Below are positions 1 through 17,299 of a stretch of DNA of 64,000 nucleotides, one piece after another (position 1 is the first letter of the stretch; every line of letters starts with the position of its first letter). Location: the NCBI RefSeq assembly GCF_009914755.1, contig NC_060925.1; one strand, written 5' to 3'. A model generated the notes under the pieces. That model did not search any database. It was given only the letters and a program-made list of their open reading frames with translations, and was not told the origin of the DNA. Source of the DNA: the human T2T-CHM13v2.0 reference genome, Homo sapiens. The position numbers and the translations under genes were made by a program.

Positions 1-806
1 TGTATGGGTTTCCAGATCAGATTTCCACGGAATCTCTTTTGGGTAAATACCGATAAGGCAACACTCTTTTTAAAGATTTCAAGTTTTGGTTTCTTTTGAG
101 TGAAAACTTAAAAGATTATCAAATTATTCTAGAATTTTAGGAGTTTCCCCTCCCCCAATCTATTTGTCTGGCCCACAGTTAATTCAACAGCAATTGTTTT
201 GGAGATTCACCTTTCCTGAGTCTTTGTAAAACATTCAACTTTGTTTTCCGAGAAACGATAACTTTCTTTTTGCATTCTGATTTCATCAGAAGATATAACA
301 TTTAACTAAATTTTATAATATCTCAAACCTACTATTAACAGGTTTTGAAGAAAAGCAAAGCATAACTGACTCTTGGTAAGCAGAGAATTCAACTAGTGGG
401 TCAGAATTATGTACCCTACTAGAGGGCAAACTCATCTGTGAGTCATGGTATTAGTCATAAAATAATCTAATATTTTATGTAGGGAATAGAGAATGTTGGT
501 ATATCTGCTATGTGAAGTAAAAGCCAATTAAGAATTTCTACTGAATTCTGATTATCAGTAATACATTTCCATAGATGTTAAAGTATGTAACGGATTACAA
601 GGCAGTAAAGACAAAGAGAATAAATAAGCATAGTGCTGATAATTCAGAGGTAAGAAACTGTGGAAAGAGAATCAACAAGAAGTACTCCTTAAAAATGTAT
701 TAATGACAATCACTGTGAAATGTTAATTCACCTTGTGAAGCATTGGCTTAAGTCTTTAAGCTTTCCTTATAAACTAAAAAAATCTAAACACCAGTGAGAA
801 AAGCTA

Positions 807-1076
<270 letters not shown>

Positions 1077-1891
1077 TTAGTATGTGCTTCCCAAGCTGGG
1101 AGGGAGTTTAGATAGCTCGCTCAGAGTTTACCTAGAAAGGTTTTTGATACTGTGCACAACCCACTTAGTTTTAAAGTAGTATGAAAATGTCGCTATGCAG
1201 GCCTAGAGAAATAACTGTGGCCTATGGAATGGATAATATCAGTTGGTGGGGGGGGCAGGAGGGGCAAAAAAGAAATACGCCATATTAAATTCTGACTTTT
1301 AAGAAAATAACCAGTTAAGGGAAAAAGTATGGAAATTTATGTGTTCATTACAGAAACATAGAGAAGTTTTATACACAAGGGAAAAAGAAAACTTCTAAAA
1401 GGTACTTTTATTACTTTATTTCAAAGAGATTAAATTGTTTTATTTGTGCTTTTAATGAACCCCAAAACTGCAGGAACAGAGGGTCACATGACAGAGAAAA
1501 ATTCTTAAGTTTTACTATTGTATCTATTAAGGTGTTAATACAATACGATTTATGGAGTTTTCAAAATGTGCCCTTAGAAATATCATTCTTCAGTCATAAC
1601 TGTATTGAAAATCAGGTAATTAATGTTATCGTAAAACATTCATATACTGTATTTTCTTCTGAAAAGACTGAGTTTTACATTGAAAATATTGGTATGGGCC
1701 TTCAAAGGAACTCTGGGGCCCAGGACACCAAGGTGTTAAATGTGTGTTATGAATACTTAAAAAAATCCTCGTTTTTGATAATCAATAAGTACATTTGCAT
1801 TGTTCTTAAAAGAAGAGACACAGAAGATCCAAAGATGCCACCTGGAAAAAGTGCATTTGGACTTTCAATCTACCATTAGAAAAATCACTCA

Positions 1892-2104
<213 letters not shown>

Positions 2105-2162
2105 TTACTGTATGTCTTACTAAGTCCCTTATACAAAGCATAAATGAATCAAATAAATGCTA

Positions 2163-2306
<144 letters not shown>

Positions 2307-2903
2307 TCATCCATAATCACCAAATTAGTTTCAGAGATATTTCAGATAAATATCTAAAGATTTCAAAACAAGTTGTAGGATACTGATATGATTCTGTACA
2401 GTATAGGTATGTGGGGATATGGTAAGTGAAGGGTAGTAAACTTTATATAAATTCCTCAGCAGACTATGTTTATTTTTGTTCTTTCACCTGGAAACAAGCA
2501 GAACTGTAAGTAGAAATAAAACAGAGGGATATGGGAAATACAAGAATACAAAAGGAAAATTCTCTCCTATATTTCTGATTTTACTAAAAGGTAGTTTGTA
2601 GAAACTTTAGTTTTTAAGGCATATTATTGTTTGATTAATAAGTAGGAACGTTTCATCATAAAGCTTTGTCTGCACTGTCCAAGTCTGCTGTTCTACTTAT
2701 TATAAATGCACAGAATTAAACACCACAGAATTAATTATTTCCAAAAAGAAGGGTAGCTTAATAAAACAAAGAGATTCAGTCCTATCTATGGCACATGATG
2801 TGTGGATTGAAAATGAAATAAATGATCCTCCAGCAAAAACCAACTTTTGATTTAACAATTTGGAAAGTGCCTATTTAACAAGCCTATTTCAATTAATGAT
2901 CTA

Positions 2904-3125
<222 letters not shown>

Positions 3126-4563
3126 TTAAAAAGTCTGCTATTTTTCCTTGCTAAAAGTATATTTAGTGAAAAAATACCATTCTAAGCAAAATATTTTTTA
3201 AAGTAATAAAATATGCATATCAAAATCTTATTTTAGAAAGGTTGTAAAACTTAGAATTTTGTTGTGAATAATGTGCTACAAAACAGGATTTTAAGAAGTC
3301 ATGTGTTAAGGGTTGAATTAGAAATTCTGCTTATGTCTTTACATTTATTTATTATGGGCATATGTTATTAATATAACATTTTACAGATGAGGTTAAATAG
3401 CTTGACTGACATTATAAAATTCTTAAATGGTAGATGGAGTATTTAAATTCTAGTCCATTTCATGACATCCATACTATGATGAAAGTAATTTAACACACAT
3501 CATGCATAAAGTAATGTAAGGTAGAATCTTTTGGAGTGATGCCTTTAACAGTTTATAACTTACATTCTTCCTTTTTTTAGTGTAAATTCATTTCTGCTCC
3601 ACCATTTTCTACCATGAAATCACTCTGAAGAGATTATTGGTGATAGTATATCAATTGTCAAATCCAATATTTTTTGGTCAATATTCTACTTTACATCTTT
3701 GTATATTTAAATTACTTTCACCTTGAAAATCTCCTACCTTATCTTCAGTGGCACCACTTTATCCTGGTTTTCCTATTCTTTTTCGACTCTTTTTCTATTT
3801 TATTCCTTGGTTATTCTTCCTAAATACCAGTATTCCCAAAGATTCTGTCAAAAACCTTTTCTCACTTAACATACTCTAAAGAGCCTCATCCATGTCTTTG
3901 CTTCAACCAGTATATACACATGTTTCTGTCTCCAGCTGATATTTGTCTGTAGAACTCCAGGCTACTATATTTTACTAGATAGCACCATCTGGATGTCTCA
4001 TAGGTACCACAAAGTCAACATGTCTAAAATACCTTCTCTCCCTATTGATTATCTAAAAAAGTGATACTATTCTTGTAGTCATGCCAAAAATCTAGGGGTC
4101 ACCCCTACTCATCCTCCCCTCTCATTTTTCATACCATAAATCCAAATCCACACCATCTCCTAATGTGTTCCAATATATCCTTTCTCCATTCCAAATGGCT
4201 TTGCTTTATTTTACACCCTCACCATTTCTTATTTGGATTACTGTAATAACTTCCTAATCAATCTCCATGCCTTTTTCTTTCATATCTCTCAGTCTAACCT
4301 CTACCTAGCACCACGGAACTTTTTGTAAAATGCAGATCTGAACATGTTCCTCCTCTCCTTAAAATGCTCCTAAGGCAGCTGTCCAAAGTTTTGAGGATAA
4401 AATTAAAGAATTCAACTCAGTAAATATGTCACACTACATAGTAGGCACTGAGAGTATAGTGATAAAATAATTCATAGTTGGCTAGGCCTTTTCAATTACA
4501 CCTTTATCCCTTACTCTTTCTTCCAGCCATAACCATCAAAAAGTGCTTTTAAAAAAAAAAGGG

Positions 4564-4826
4564 GGCTGGGCATGGTGGCTCACATCTGTAATCCCAGCAG
4601 TTTGGGAGGCCAAGACAGGAGGTTCACTGAGGCCCAAAGTTTGAGACCAGCATGTCTACGAAATTTTTTTTTTTTTAATTAGCTAGATGTAGTGGTACAT
4701 GCGTGTAGTCCCAGCTACTTGGGAGGCTGAGTGGAAGGATCCCTTGAGCAAAGGAGTTCAAAGCTGTGCCACTGCTCTTTAGTCTGGGCAACAGAGTAAG
4801 ACCTCATCTCCCAAAATTTAAAAAAA
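4564..4826 (+). mobile_element. Degenerate AluJ
   Basis: Both Alu arms recognisable, with internal deletions. Confidence 0.8.
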
Positions 4827-5347
4827 CTGCTAAAAAACTGTCTTTGTGTTTGCCCATTTCCTTCTTTCATCTCCATCCCTTTCTAATTATGTATGTGTCA
4901 TTATCTTTACCTAAAAAGCTCTATCCATTTAGCCATCTGATTGGGTAATTCTTCATTCTTACTTCAAACATCTCTTCTTTCTGAAAACCCATCCCTGAAT
5001 CATAAGCTATTTTTCTATGTGCTTATGAAGTACCCTGTGCTTATCTCGCATTATATTAACAACACCAAGTACTTATTTAGCACTTGCTTAGTGCCATCTA
5101 CTGCTATGTTTTACTTAATATTAATTTATGTAACACTTACAAAACCATCTGAACTAGATTCATCTGTTATTAAATGAACATCACTTTCTAATCCTCTTCT
5201 CCCACTAGGTGCCAAGCTACTTGAAAAAAAAAAAACAAAAAACTGTCCTTTTATCTATGTCTGCCCAATGCCTACCAAAGCAGCCAAGACACAGTTCCAT
5301 ATTTTACTATGTTGTACAATATACAGACATAATACTGCATCTGTTGA

Positions 5348-5726
<379 letters not shown>

Positions 5727-6173
5727 TAAATTGTCCTTTCTTCTTTTATATAAAGCTTTTCCAAAATAACAGAAACATGTATCAAGAAAACTGAGTGTGG
5801 TCAAATTTTAGAGACTTTATTTCATAAACAAAGTAAGATCAATAAAGTAACCATATTCTTCTATTCTGGGTTAAGACAGAAGACTTCCCTTCCAGTAAAA
5901 AAAGGACAGTATGAGATAGCAATTTCCCACTTCTGGATTTCATGTAAAAATAAAAGATGGGGGAATAGAAAAAACCCCACAAACTCTATCTTTATCAAAA
6001 TGAGGAGTCAGATATAATTCATTTATTAGAAAAATGGGAGGTTGCCAACACAAGCTAAGTTAGGAAGCAGTTCCAATATAAGGCAAGGAAAGGAAAGCAA
6101 AGAGTGAGGAATCCTAGGGCACAGATTTTAGAACTAATGAGGGAAACAAATATTTCCTCTAAGTAAGAAACTT

Positions 6174-6485
6174 AGCCCGGTGTGATAGTAGCTCACATCT
6201 GAAATCCCAGCACTTTGGGAGGCCAAGACAGGAGAGCTGCTTGAGGCAAGGATTTCAAGACCAGCCTAGGCAACAGAGACAGATCCTGTTTCTACAAGAA
6301 AAAAAAAAATTAGCCAGGCATGACATGGTGGTGTGTGCCTATAGCCCCAGCTACTTGGGAGGCTGAGGTGGGAGGATCCCTTTAGCCCAGGAGTTTTGAG
6401 GCTGCAATGAGCTATGACTGCACCACTGCACTCCAGCCTGGGTAACAGAGCAAGACCCTGTCTCTAAAAAATAAATAAATAAATA
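6174..6485 (+). mobile_element. AluJ
   Basis: Full dimer, J-type right arm (GAGGCTGCAATGAGCTATGA). Confidence 0.85.
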
Positions 6486-7473
6486 CACAAGAAACCCATC
6501 TTGAAGTTGTAAAACTGTTCTGAAAAAAAAAAATGAGCTAAAAATCTGGTAAAATTGGACAGAGATGGATCATCCAGAAAGTTTAGGCAGTTAGGCAAGA
6601 TGTGCCTGCAATAGCAAAATCCCAGCCAAAACACATTTCTGAAGGAACTCCCTATAAATGCTTGGGCCAAGATAACCCAGCTTATCCTATGTTGAGTAGT
6701 AAAAAGGTAAGGAAGAGCAGCAAAACTCACCAGATAAAGAATACTTAATAGACAAATGATGTCATAAAACAGACGAAAATTCTAATGAAATATTTTGATT
6801 TAAATTATACAAAATTTATGAAGACATCTTTAGAATAAAAAAGGCAGAAATACAAGAAGTCAAGGAAAGATGGCAAAAATCAGAAAACAATAACATATAA
6901 TCAATTACATGTGAGCTGGCAAAAGAAATTTTTTTACTTGGAAAAGTAAGAAAAAAACAGAAATGAAGATGAAATTTTAAAAGTGTTAAAAAGGAGAAGA
7001 CAAAATGATAGGTAAAGTAAAAGTTCCAACATATGTATAATGAACCCAGCACAGAAACCCCAAACACAGGAACAAAACAAGTATTTTATATTCAAGAAAA
7101 TTTTCTGAAATAAATGAACTAAAAGTACACATCATGTACCTGAGAAACTTAACACAAATCAGTCAATACTAAGACAAATATTCTAGAAAAGTCATTTAAT
7201 TATAAATATAAAGAAAATCTCATGAGCAGCTGGGGGAAAAATGTTATTTAAAACGGAGAAAAATACCTTTCAATATATCTACAACAATATTTAATGTCAG
7301 AAGACAATGGTACTCAAGTACCCTTTTTTTCCTATGAGGTGTTCTTTATCTGATAAGTTTTGCTGATTTTTCTCGTGCTTATTATTATTCAAAGTATAAG
7401 GCAAAGATTTCATAACCACCCTTGCTGTCCTACAAGTACAGACAACTTTAAACAATCAAGAACTTGGAAAACT

Positions 7474-7786
7474 GGCTGGGTGCAATGGTTACTGCCTGTA
7501 ATCCCAACACTCTGGGTGGACAAGGTGGGAGAACAGCTTGAGCCCAGGAGTTCTGGGCTACAGTGAAGTACCATCATGCCACTGCAGTCTAGCCTGGGTG
7601 ACAGGAGGAAACGCTGTCTCTATTTTTAAAAGGGGGGGTGAGTGGGGTGGGCAGGGCGAGGTGGCTCATACCTGCAGTCCCAGCACTTTGGAAGGCCGTG
7701 CAGGGAGGACTGCCTGAGCCTACGAGTTCAAGACCAGACTGGGCAACAAAGTGAGTTCCTGTCTCTACTAAAACAAACAAAAAAAC
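7474..7786 (+). mobile_element. Two adjacent Alu monomers/fragments (7474-7630; 7650-7786)
   Basis: Alu A/B-box motifs, monomer-length pieces. Confidence 0.75.
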
Positions 7787-8189
7787 ACTTGGAGAATATT
7801 ACTCCTAAGAACCTTGATGAGGACAATATTTAGCTAAATAAAAGATAATTACAGCCCTAAAAAACTGGTGGTAAGCAATATTTCATTTTACAACTAAGAC
7901 TACAAACTAAGACTGAAATGTTACAGCTAAGAAAAACACTAGGAGGGTGAGAAAGGAGATAGAAAGAAGTACTTAACTATCTACAGTAGACATAAAACAA
8001 ATAATATTATTTGAAGGTGGCAATTAAATCAAGTGAAGTATATGCAGATTCAACAATACAGATGTAAACAGTAAGAAAGATAATTTTTTGAAATATTGAG
8101 GTACAAAGAATGACAGGGTGGAGGAGAGAAAAGAAAATCAGCAATTTTATCACTGTTCATTAAAGGGAGTTAATAGATACTTGTCTCAA

Positions 8190-9200
8190 GTAGAGTTTCT
8201 CAATATTTTTTTCATTATTGTCCCCCTAATAAATCTTTTTGAACATTTTTTCTAATTACATCCCTATGATATTTTAATATCAGAGATGTATACATCTGTT
8301 TATGCACTCTATGTATTTCTGGATTTATATACACGTAAGAAAGTAAATATAAAGCTTACTCTTTTTACTTGATGCAAGGTTATGAATGACTAGATAAAAA
8401 TTTTAAGTTAAAAATCTGAAAATGATTTACATTTAGCTTATGTTTATAGGCTGGTTTTCTGAAAAACTTTTAATATAATCTTTTAGCTTAAATAAACTAT
8501 AATGTATCAAATTACACAAATAAATTAGCAACTTATATAACTACAAAACAAAAGCAGCAATGTAATCAATTTTTTAAACCATTCAAAACTGCTATTTATT
8601 CAGCAAAAGAAAGGAATTAAAAATTAATTTCTTAAAAATTATTTCAGTGAACTTTCACTGTTTGCTTGATAGAAGGAAATAAGTTCTGGCTACTAGATAT
8701 TCATTCAGATATTGTTGACTTTTTTTATTTTCAGCAAATGACATGATTAAAAATGGGTTGAATAACTTTTGTAGAATGAACTAATAAATTGGAAAGTTTT
8801 TTTCTTGGGCTTAATTTTCAAAGCCCAAGTCACACACGAATGCACTGAGAACCAAACATAAACAATATCCACAAGGCAGCCAATGGAAGCAACCTCTTGT
8901 CATATGACTGAGATCAAGCAATTGATTAAAAGTCTCCCTATCACAGTCATCTATTCTCCAGTTTTATAAGCCCAATTTCGCATACATTTTGTTTTTTGTT
9001 TATCTTCCATGAACTTAATGTCAATGCTGCTCATGTGATATCCAATAAGACCAATGAGACAAATAAATACTAAGGAATGCCATGTTGTTGGGTAGTGTTG
9101 AGCTTTGGAGGACCATAAGCTAAGATTTTTCTCATCCTCCACAAAAACGAATTTTCACTCCCTTGGTGGTAATTACTGCCCTGGTTGAGAATGCATGATC
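8190..9200. mobile_element. Probable hAT-Charlie DNA transposon remnant
   Basis: Ends resemble Charlie termini (..TTTCTCAA..CCCCCTAA / ..GGTTGAGAA..CTA); subfamily not determined. Confidence 0.4.
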
Positions 9201-9239
9201 TAAAGAAATAGAGTACTAGGGGTATTACATAACTATAAA

Positions 9240-10020
9240 GGCAACCATTAGAGCAAAACCAGAAATTTTGCTAAATATGATAAACACTACATCCCCAAAA
9301 CAAGGTAAACAGACCATATAGTGTAAGATGAAAACAACCAACACAATTTTTTTTAAAGGGGAGGCAAGAGGGAAAGGCATAACAAAATAATAGAATTCCA
9401 GGATGTATGTAATATAATAACAAGTATGAAAGGTTTAATTCAATTAGAGGTTGGATCACAAAGCAAAACTCAACTCTTATGTTGTATATGAGAGGCACAT
9501 CTAAAATAAAGTGAAAATTAAAGAACAGGCAAAGGCAATTAAATTAAGTTCAAATTAAAAAGAAAGCAGAGGTCAAAATCTTAATACCATAAGAGATGAA
9601 ATTCAGGCCAAAAAATAAAATAGAATAAAGGTTTTAAGTAAAACCAAGACGAGTTCTTTTAAATTCCAAAGGAGAAAAACTCTTAAGAAGATACAGTAGT
9701 TATGAGTATTAGTACACCAAATAAAAGCTAAAGGAGAAACAGACAAACACAGTAATAGGCTTTAATTTACTTCTACCAAGTGAAACAAAAACAAGGATAT
9801 AGAGAGACACAATAATGTAATTAATAAGGTGTATTTATCTAGTATATGTTTAACTCAATATTCTGAAAACAGAACTACTTCCTTTTTAAAGTTTTTTTGT
9901 AGAACACTCATAAAAATGGATTATATTTAGACACACAAATACACAGATCCACAGTAAAGAAAGGGAGAAACAGAATACACATTGTACAATCACAATGTAA
10001 TAAAGCTGAAAATTAACATA
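9240..10020 (+). mobile_element. Old L1M ORF2 (endonuclease-region) remnant; related A-rich L1M pieces at about 6750-7460 and 10650-10870
   Basis: A-rich degenerate L1-like sequence. Confidence 0.55.
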
Positions 10021-10026
10021 AACAAT

Positions 10027-10324
10027 TTTTTTTTTTTTTGAGACAGGATCTCACTCTGTCACTCAGGCTGGAGTACAGTGGTGTGTTCATAGCTCACTGC
10101 GACCTCACACTCCTGGGCTCAAAGGGATCCTCCCATCTCAGCCTCCCGAGTAGCTGCGACCACAGGCACAGGCCACCAAGCCCGGCTAGTATTATTTATT
10201 TTTTTGTAGAGATAGGGTTTTACTATGTCACTCAGGCTGGCCTCAAACTCCTGGCCTCAAGCAATCTTCCTTCCTCGGCCACCCAAAGTGTTGGGATTAC
10301 ACGTGTGAGCCACTAGAGCCAGCC
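10027..10324 (-). mobile_element. AluJ
   Basis: Reverse full-length Alu. Confidence 0.88.
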
Positions 10325-10349
10325 AAAACTTTGAAACAAAAAGACTAGC

Positions 10350-10654
<305 letters not shown>

Positions 10655-11212
10655 TCAACTCTTTGGGTTAAAAAGAAAACACAAACTGAAATGACAACAT
10701 TACTAAATATCAGAACCAAGGAGACGCCAAAAATAGCACTTAAAGGAAAATTCAAGGCCTTAAATACTTACATAAGCAAAAATAAATGAACTAAATATTT
10801 GACTCAAAAAGGAAAAATATAACACATGAATATAACATATAATAAAAGACAAATGAAAAAATGGAATTCTTCAAAGGCTGTGACATGTAATTGTAAAATA
10901 TCAAGCCAAGATACTTAAACTTGTATTTCTTTTTACTTAGGGACAATTAAAATTTAAAACTGCTCAATGTACATTTATATTCTAAGTCTGTATTAATATA
11001 CATACATACATACATACGTACACATGATATGCACACAATTGGAGATTTGGATTTTTGTAAGATATACACAGAATGAGAAATATCAAGATAGCCTACGATT
11101 AGACTAAAAATATACAAAAAACTCCATGCTCTCCCAAAAACTGATTTAATAACTATCAGCAGAAGTTATATTTCATTATGAATACAGAGAATTTTCATGA
11201 TAAAATACTTAC

Positions 11213-11365
11213 ATTCCCAATCTCAAAGTTTTGCCTCATTAGTAGGTAAAGGGAGGCACTGGCGTGTGACCGTATTGTACCGATGCTACTGCTACAGTGT
11301 CGGAGAAGCCTGAGGCATAAATCAGCACACTGCTCTGTCTCTTCTTCAAATAAGAGTTCAGGAAA
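11213..11365 (-). CDS. DOCK7: DOCK7 exon (~37), 153 nt: [51 protein letters not shown]
   Basis: Inside ORF 11195..11392; acceptor ttacag|TT, donor AAT|GTAAGT. Confidence 0.96.
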
Positions 11366-12207
11366 CTGTAAAACAACAAAACAAACCACCACTGAATTTT
11401 TACAGTAAAAGTTTCTGAGATATGTTAATATAACCTGAACTGGAGACTTGTTAGTATAGCCCAGAAATTAAAAGAATGGTTAGGACAATATTAGCTAATG
11501 GTTAATAGTGTGAGACACAGAGTCAAACTGGGTTCGAATGCTCATTATTCCACTTACTAACTAGTAGTGGGACCTTGGACAAGTTTTCTCATCCACAAAA
11601 TAGGCCTAATAATATATCTACAAGGGATTGTTGTGAAGCTTCTATCAGAATGTGCATAAAACACTTAGTAATCAACATATATGAATTCTATATTTATTAC
11701 AAAATAATACGTAAGTTATTTTCATCAACATCTCTGCATTCCATCCTCTAGGATGATTAAAATGAAATAGCTACCTTCAAAATTTAAGAATATACATATT
11801 TCTAAGGGAAAACAAATATAAGAAGTAAACATTTAAAGCAGTTGAACAAACACATACCTTCTTTTCCATTCATCATAAAATAATTTCAGTGGGTTGAATT
11901 GCTTATACATTGAATTCTTTATAAATTGAGTTTTTTATAAAAACAGAACCAAGTGAAGAGAAAACAAGAGAAGCCCCATATTTAAGATTGGCTATTAATT
12001 TCAGGCCCTTCTCCACATCCAAGTTACTGTTTTTCAAACCAGAACTGGTTAAAGGTGATTCGAATAAATGAAAAATTCTAAAAGGCAGGCAGCAGTAGAG
12101 AGGCAAAGAAGAATTAAGGGTCTTAGGTTATTATTTAAATTTTAACTACACATATTCATTAATATATTACTACATATATTAACCAATGAATGTGTCAAAT
12201 GATCTTA

Positions 12208-12444
<237 letters not shown>

Positions 12445-13053
12445 TTAGTTATGGATGTTACAGGCCTCCCTATGTATAAATAAAGGCCTCCCTGTATGTA
12501 TAAGTAAAGTTTTAAAAGATAAAAAAATGATAACATAAGATCTAGGATGGCTTCAAGAAGGAGCTAAGCAGGATTTGAATAAGAAAAGGGGGAAAAAGAA
12601 TAAATATAATTTAAATGAGAAAAAACAGGAGTAAGATACAATGGCAAGAAATCATAAGGTGTGTTTTAGGAAAATTAGTAAGTAAATTTGAATTGACTTG
12701 AGGTTCATGTAGAAAATAACTAGAGATAAGGCTGAAAAATTGAGTGGTGCCTAGAGCAAAAAATGTTGGTGGTACACAAATAACCATTCTTTTCTTCTTT
12801 AATAATTGAAATCCTGAATTTTAGCTGAAGACTTTGAATCCGGCTACAGAGAGAGGTGAACAAAAGAGAAGTTACATCTTCTGAGTCATGCCCTTAAAAA
12901 AAGAAATGTACTCTGTCCCTGCTGTTTCTTTTCACTGAATGAAATACAGACATGATGGCCGCAGCTCAAGCAACCATCTTGGGATCAGTTATCTTGGACT
13001 TATTAAATTTTTTCTATTTTTAAAACTTTAGTCAGGATAATGACTGATAAAAT

Positions 13054-13697
<644 letters not shown>

Positions 13698-14527
13698 CAT
13701 AAAATACTTTTAAAGGAAAATTCTCACAACAATGTACAGAATGGATGGTGGGAAGAATACAGAGTGAGTTATGAAGTAGGTGGCCATTGTAATAGCGTGG
13801 AAATATGAACCTGGCAGAGTAGTGGTAGTAGAAAAGGAATGGAAGGAATAGGTGAGAGATATATTTACTAAAACATCTGAAAGATCTTGCTAACTGATTT
13901 GAATCCTGGCTCTTCTACATACTAGCTGCGTCATTATGGGCAGTTATTTAACATCTTTGTGCCTAAGTGTTCTCATCTACAAGATGAGGATACTGACAGT
14001 TTCAATGTCATGAGTTTCTTAGAAGGATCAAATGAGTTAATATTTGTAAAGTGCTTAGGACAATGTTTAACACAGAAAAAACTAAATAAATGTCAGCTAT
14101 CACATTGTTACTACAGAATACTGCCCAGAGGGCAACTGTTAGGACCCAACACAATGATTATAGATAAAAAGCCTGAAACATTGCTGTGGTATACAGAGGA
14201 TACTGCATAAACCCAGTTTATCTATATGTAGCTATAGCTATACATGCATGTTGAATCTCACCTGATGGCAGAACTTCCACCTATAAATACTCAGAGGATA
14301 TTTGGAAATGCAAGACTAGGCCATCAAGGGGAAAGACAAGGAGATAAAGATTTCATAATCATCCTCCATGAAGAAACAGTTGAAGCTATGGGAATTTATA
14401 ATTACAGAGAATCTCAGAATGCTTGGAACGAAACTTTTAGGAACTACCAATATTTAATAAAATGTAATTTTATGGCTCACAGTAAACACTTTTCCCTCCA
14501 ACCTCAATTTACCAAATCCGTATTTTA

Positions 14528-14671
<144 letters not shown>

Positions 14672-14940
14672 TTATATTTATCTTTTTGAAAACTACAATT
14701 CTGAAAAGACTTAGGGATGCATAGAAATAAAAAATTTCAAACCATTTTCAATATTTGCCTGATAAAAAATTACAAGAGAATAAGAAAAAAGGCAGTAGTT
14801 TACACATTTATGCAGCTTTTTTGTTAACCACAACAATACACACTTTCTCACCCCATTACAGAAGTGTAATGCCACTAAAAGCATAAATGTTTATGTTTTA
14901 GCTTTCAAACATGCAGCAGACAGTTTTATTCTAAGTGACA

Positions 14941-14959
14941 CTGACACTAGGTGGTGCTA
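14941..14959 (+). promoter_or_regulatory. Candidate CTCF motif CTGACACTAGGTGGTGCTA
   Basis: By-eye match to CCASYAGRKGGCRS with 2 mismatches; motif only. Confidence 0.3.
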
Positions 14960-15662
14960 TGTGGGCTTGTATTTAGGACTGCTTCATGGAAAACAACATT
15001 CAAATATTTAGTATTCATCTTACTATTTCAAATATTTCCAATGTCTGTATTCAGGATAAATGTACTTATTTTGTCTAAGGTTTCATCTAATTTTCCCCCA
15101 ATTTTTTTTATATAAATATGCTCAGATGATAATTTAACTCTTCAGTGAGACTAGATGGAATTACTCATTGGAAACACAACAAATTTGGGGAAAAAAGGAT
15201 GTGAGGTGACGAATATGCTAGTTAGCTTGCCTGTGGTAATCATTTCACAATTGTACACATATATTAAAAGATCATGTTATATTCTGTAAATATATACAAT
15301 TTTGTCAATTATAACTCAATAAAGCTAGAAAAATAATAAAGAAAAAAGAACAAAACAGTTTGATGCAATAAAGTGGTTTACTTAAATACTAATATTTGTA
15401 AAAGTATCATTTAATGCAAATAAAAATGTAAGAATAATTACACATGATTTATGAATATAGTTGAGATTTTTGTTTTAGCAATAATAGATATACAGATACT
15501 ATATATTACACCAAAGTAGACAAAATAACACATAAAGTACAAGGCCATATTAAACACTAACTTTTCTAAGTTTTTAGATCTGTAAGTCTGTGAGTCTTTA
15601 TTATTACCACTAAAGAGAATACTTCATTAATTTACAGTTTACAAATTCAATTTAAGAATAAA

Positions 15663-15925
15663 AGCACTTTGAAAGGCTGAGGTAGGGGATCCTTGAGACC
15701 AGGAGTTAAGAGACCAGCCTGCACAACATGGCAAAACCCTGTCTCTACAAAAATTATTTGGGCGTGGTGGTGCACAGCTATAATCCCAGCTACTTGGGAG
15801 GCTGAGGTGGGAGGCTCACCTAAGCCCAGGAGGTCAAGGCTGCAGTGAGTCATGATTGTGCCACTGCACTTTGGCCTGAGTGACAGAGTGAGATCTTGTC
15901 TCAAAAAAAAAAAAAAAAAAAAGAA
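15663..15925 (+). mobile_element. 5'-truncated AluJ
   Basis: Alu body and poly-A. Confidence 0.85.
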
Positions 15926-16433
15926 TACAATTATCAAAATTAAACTGGAAAATAAAATATTTAATGTTCAAACTTAAAATTTCCAGTGACATTTTATAAA
16001 GAAACATAAGATGGTTTAAACAAAAAGAATCAGGAGAACACCAAAAAAGTCTCCCTCAAAACACAGCAAGATAAGCCAAGAGAACACATTCTACAAATGC
16101 AGAAATAAAGCACTACTATACTGATAGTACAGTACCTGGCTACTCTGTGATTTCTAAAAAATAACACATGTAGAAAAACCATCAGAGAAATAGATTTGGA
16201 CAGACGGAGAAAAAGAAAGGAAAGCACACATTCCAAGGTTAAGAATTTTAATATATTTATATTACATTCAATATCTGATTATTTCAAGCTCTCATACATA
16301 TGGTACTGAAACTTGTTTCTCTGCTGGCTCTCACTTGTTTCCTCTGTTTTATGATTTTACTGTCTGTGAGAAAATATTGTGAAAGTTTATTTGTGAGAAT
16401 CTTCTGAGGCTTGGGCTGATGATGGTTCTCAGA

Positions 16434-16553
16434 TAGGGTAATCAATCATCTTGGTTTGCCTTAGGACAGGACTAAAGGGCTCCCTGGGATGTGGGACAAT
16501 CAGTGCTATAACTGGGAGAGTGCTAGGCAAACCTGAAATGAGTTGGTCACTCC
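16434..16553. mobile_element. MER81/MER94-like hAT-Blackjack MITE
   Basis: Degenerate TAGGGTGACCA-type TIRs (TAGGGTAATCA...TTGGTCACTCCA) with GGTTTGCC / GGCAAACC. Confidence 0.5.
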
Positions 16554-17167
16554 ATTCTCAAAGTTTTATGGGCCAGTGAAGCTACTTGCGGGCTAACTTA
16601 TAATTAGAAATTCTCAAGAAAAAAATTTTAGCCCCTTGACTCAGTGCCAAATCTCAAGCCAGAAAAGTTTACCTGCAGCCACTTGGGCAGTAAGAAGATT
16701 CATGTAAGTGTATTGTAGGTGTTTATGGCAGTAGGATCAGTCAATGTATCAAGTCTGCCTTTATGCTAGAAACAGAAGACCTGTATTGTTTTGTCTTTCT
16801 TGAATTATATTATAAGCTCCATAACGACAAATGTCAGGTTTCTGATTCTTTGTAATATTTGAAATATTAGTTCAATGTGACACCTAAAATATGTTCAAAA
16901 AATAGTTGCTGAATGCATTTTCCAAGAGGATGTTTTAAAGAAAATGGAGTTTAAAATATAATATTTTGCCTTACTATACCACGAGAAGTTCTTCCTCCAA
17001 ATCTTTTTAAATCTAAAATTTTTAAATTAAATATTTTGTTCTCTAAGACTTAATATATTTATTAAGTGTAAATACTAAATGTAAATATAAAGTAAAAGTT
17101 ATCATTTTCCTCTTACATTTTAAAATTCAACACACCCATCAGTAACATAAAATAGAAAGCTGTATTA

Positions 17168-17299
<132 letters not shown>

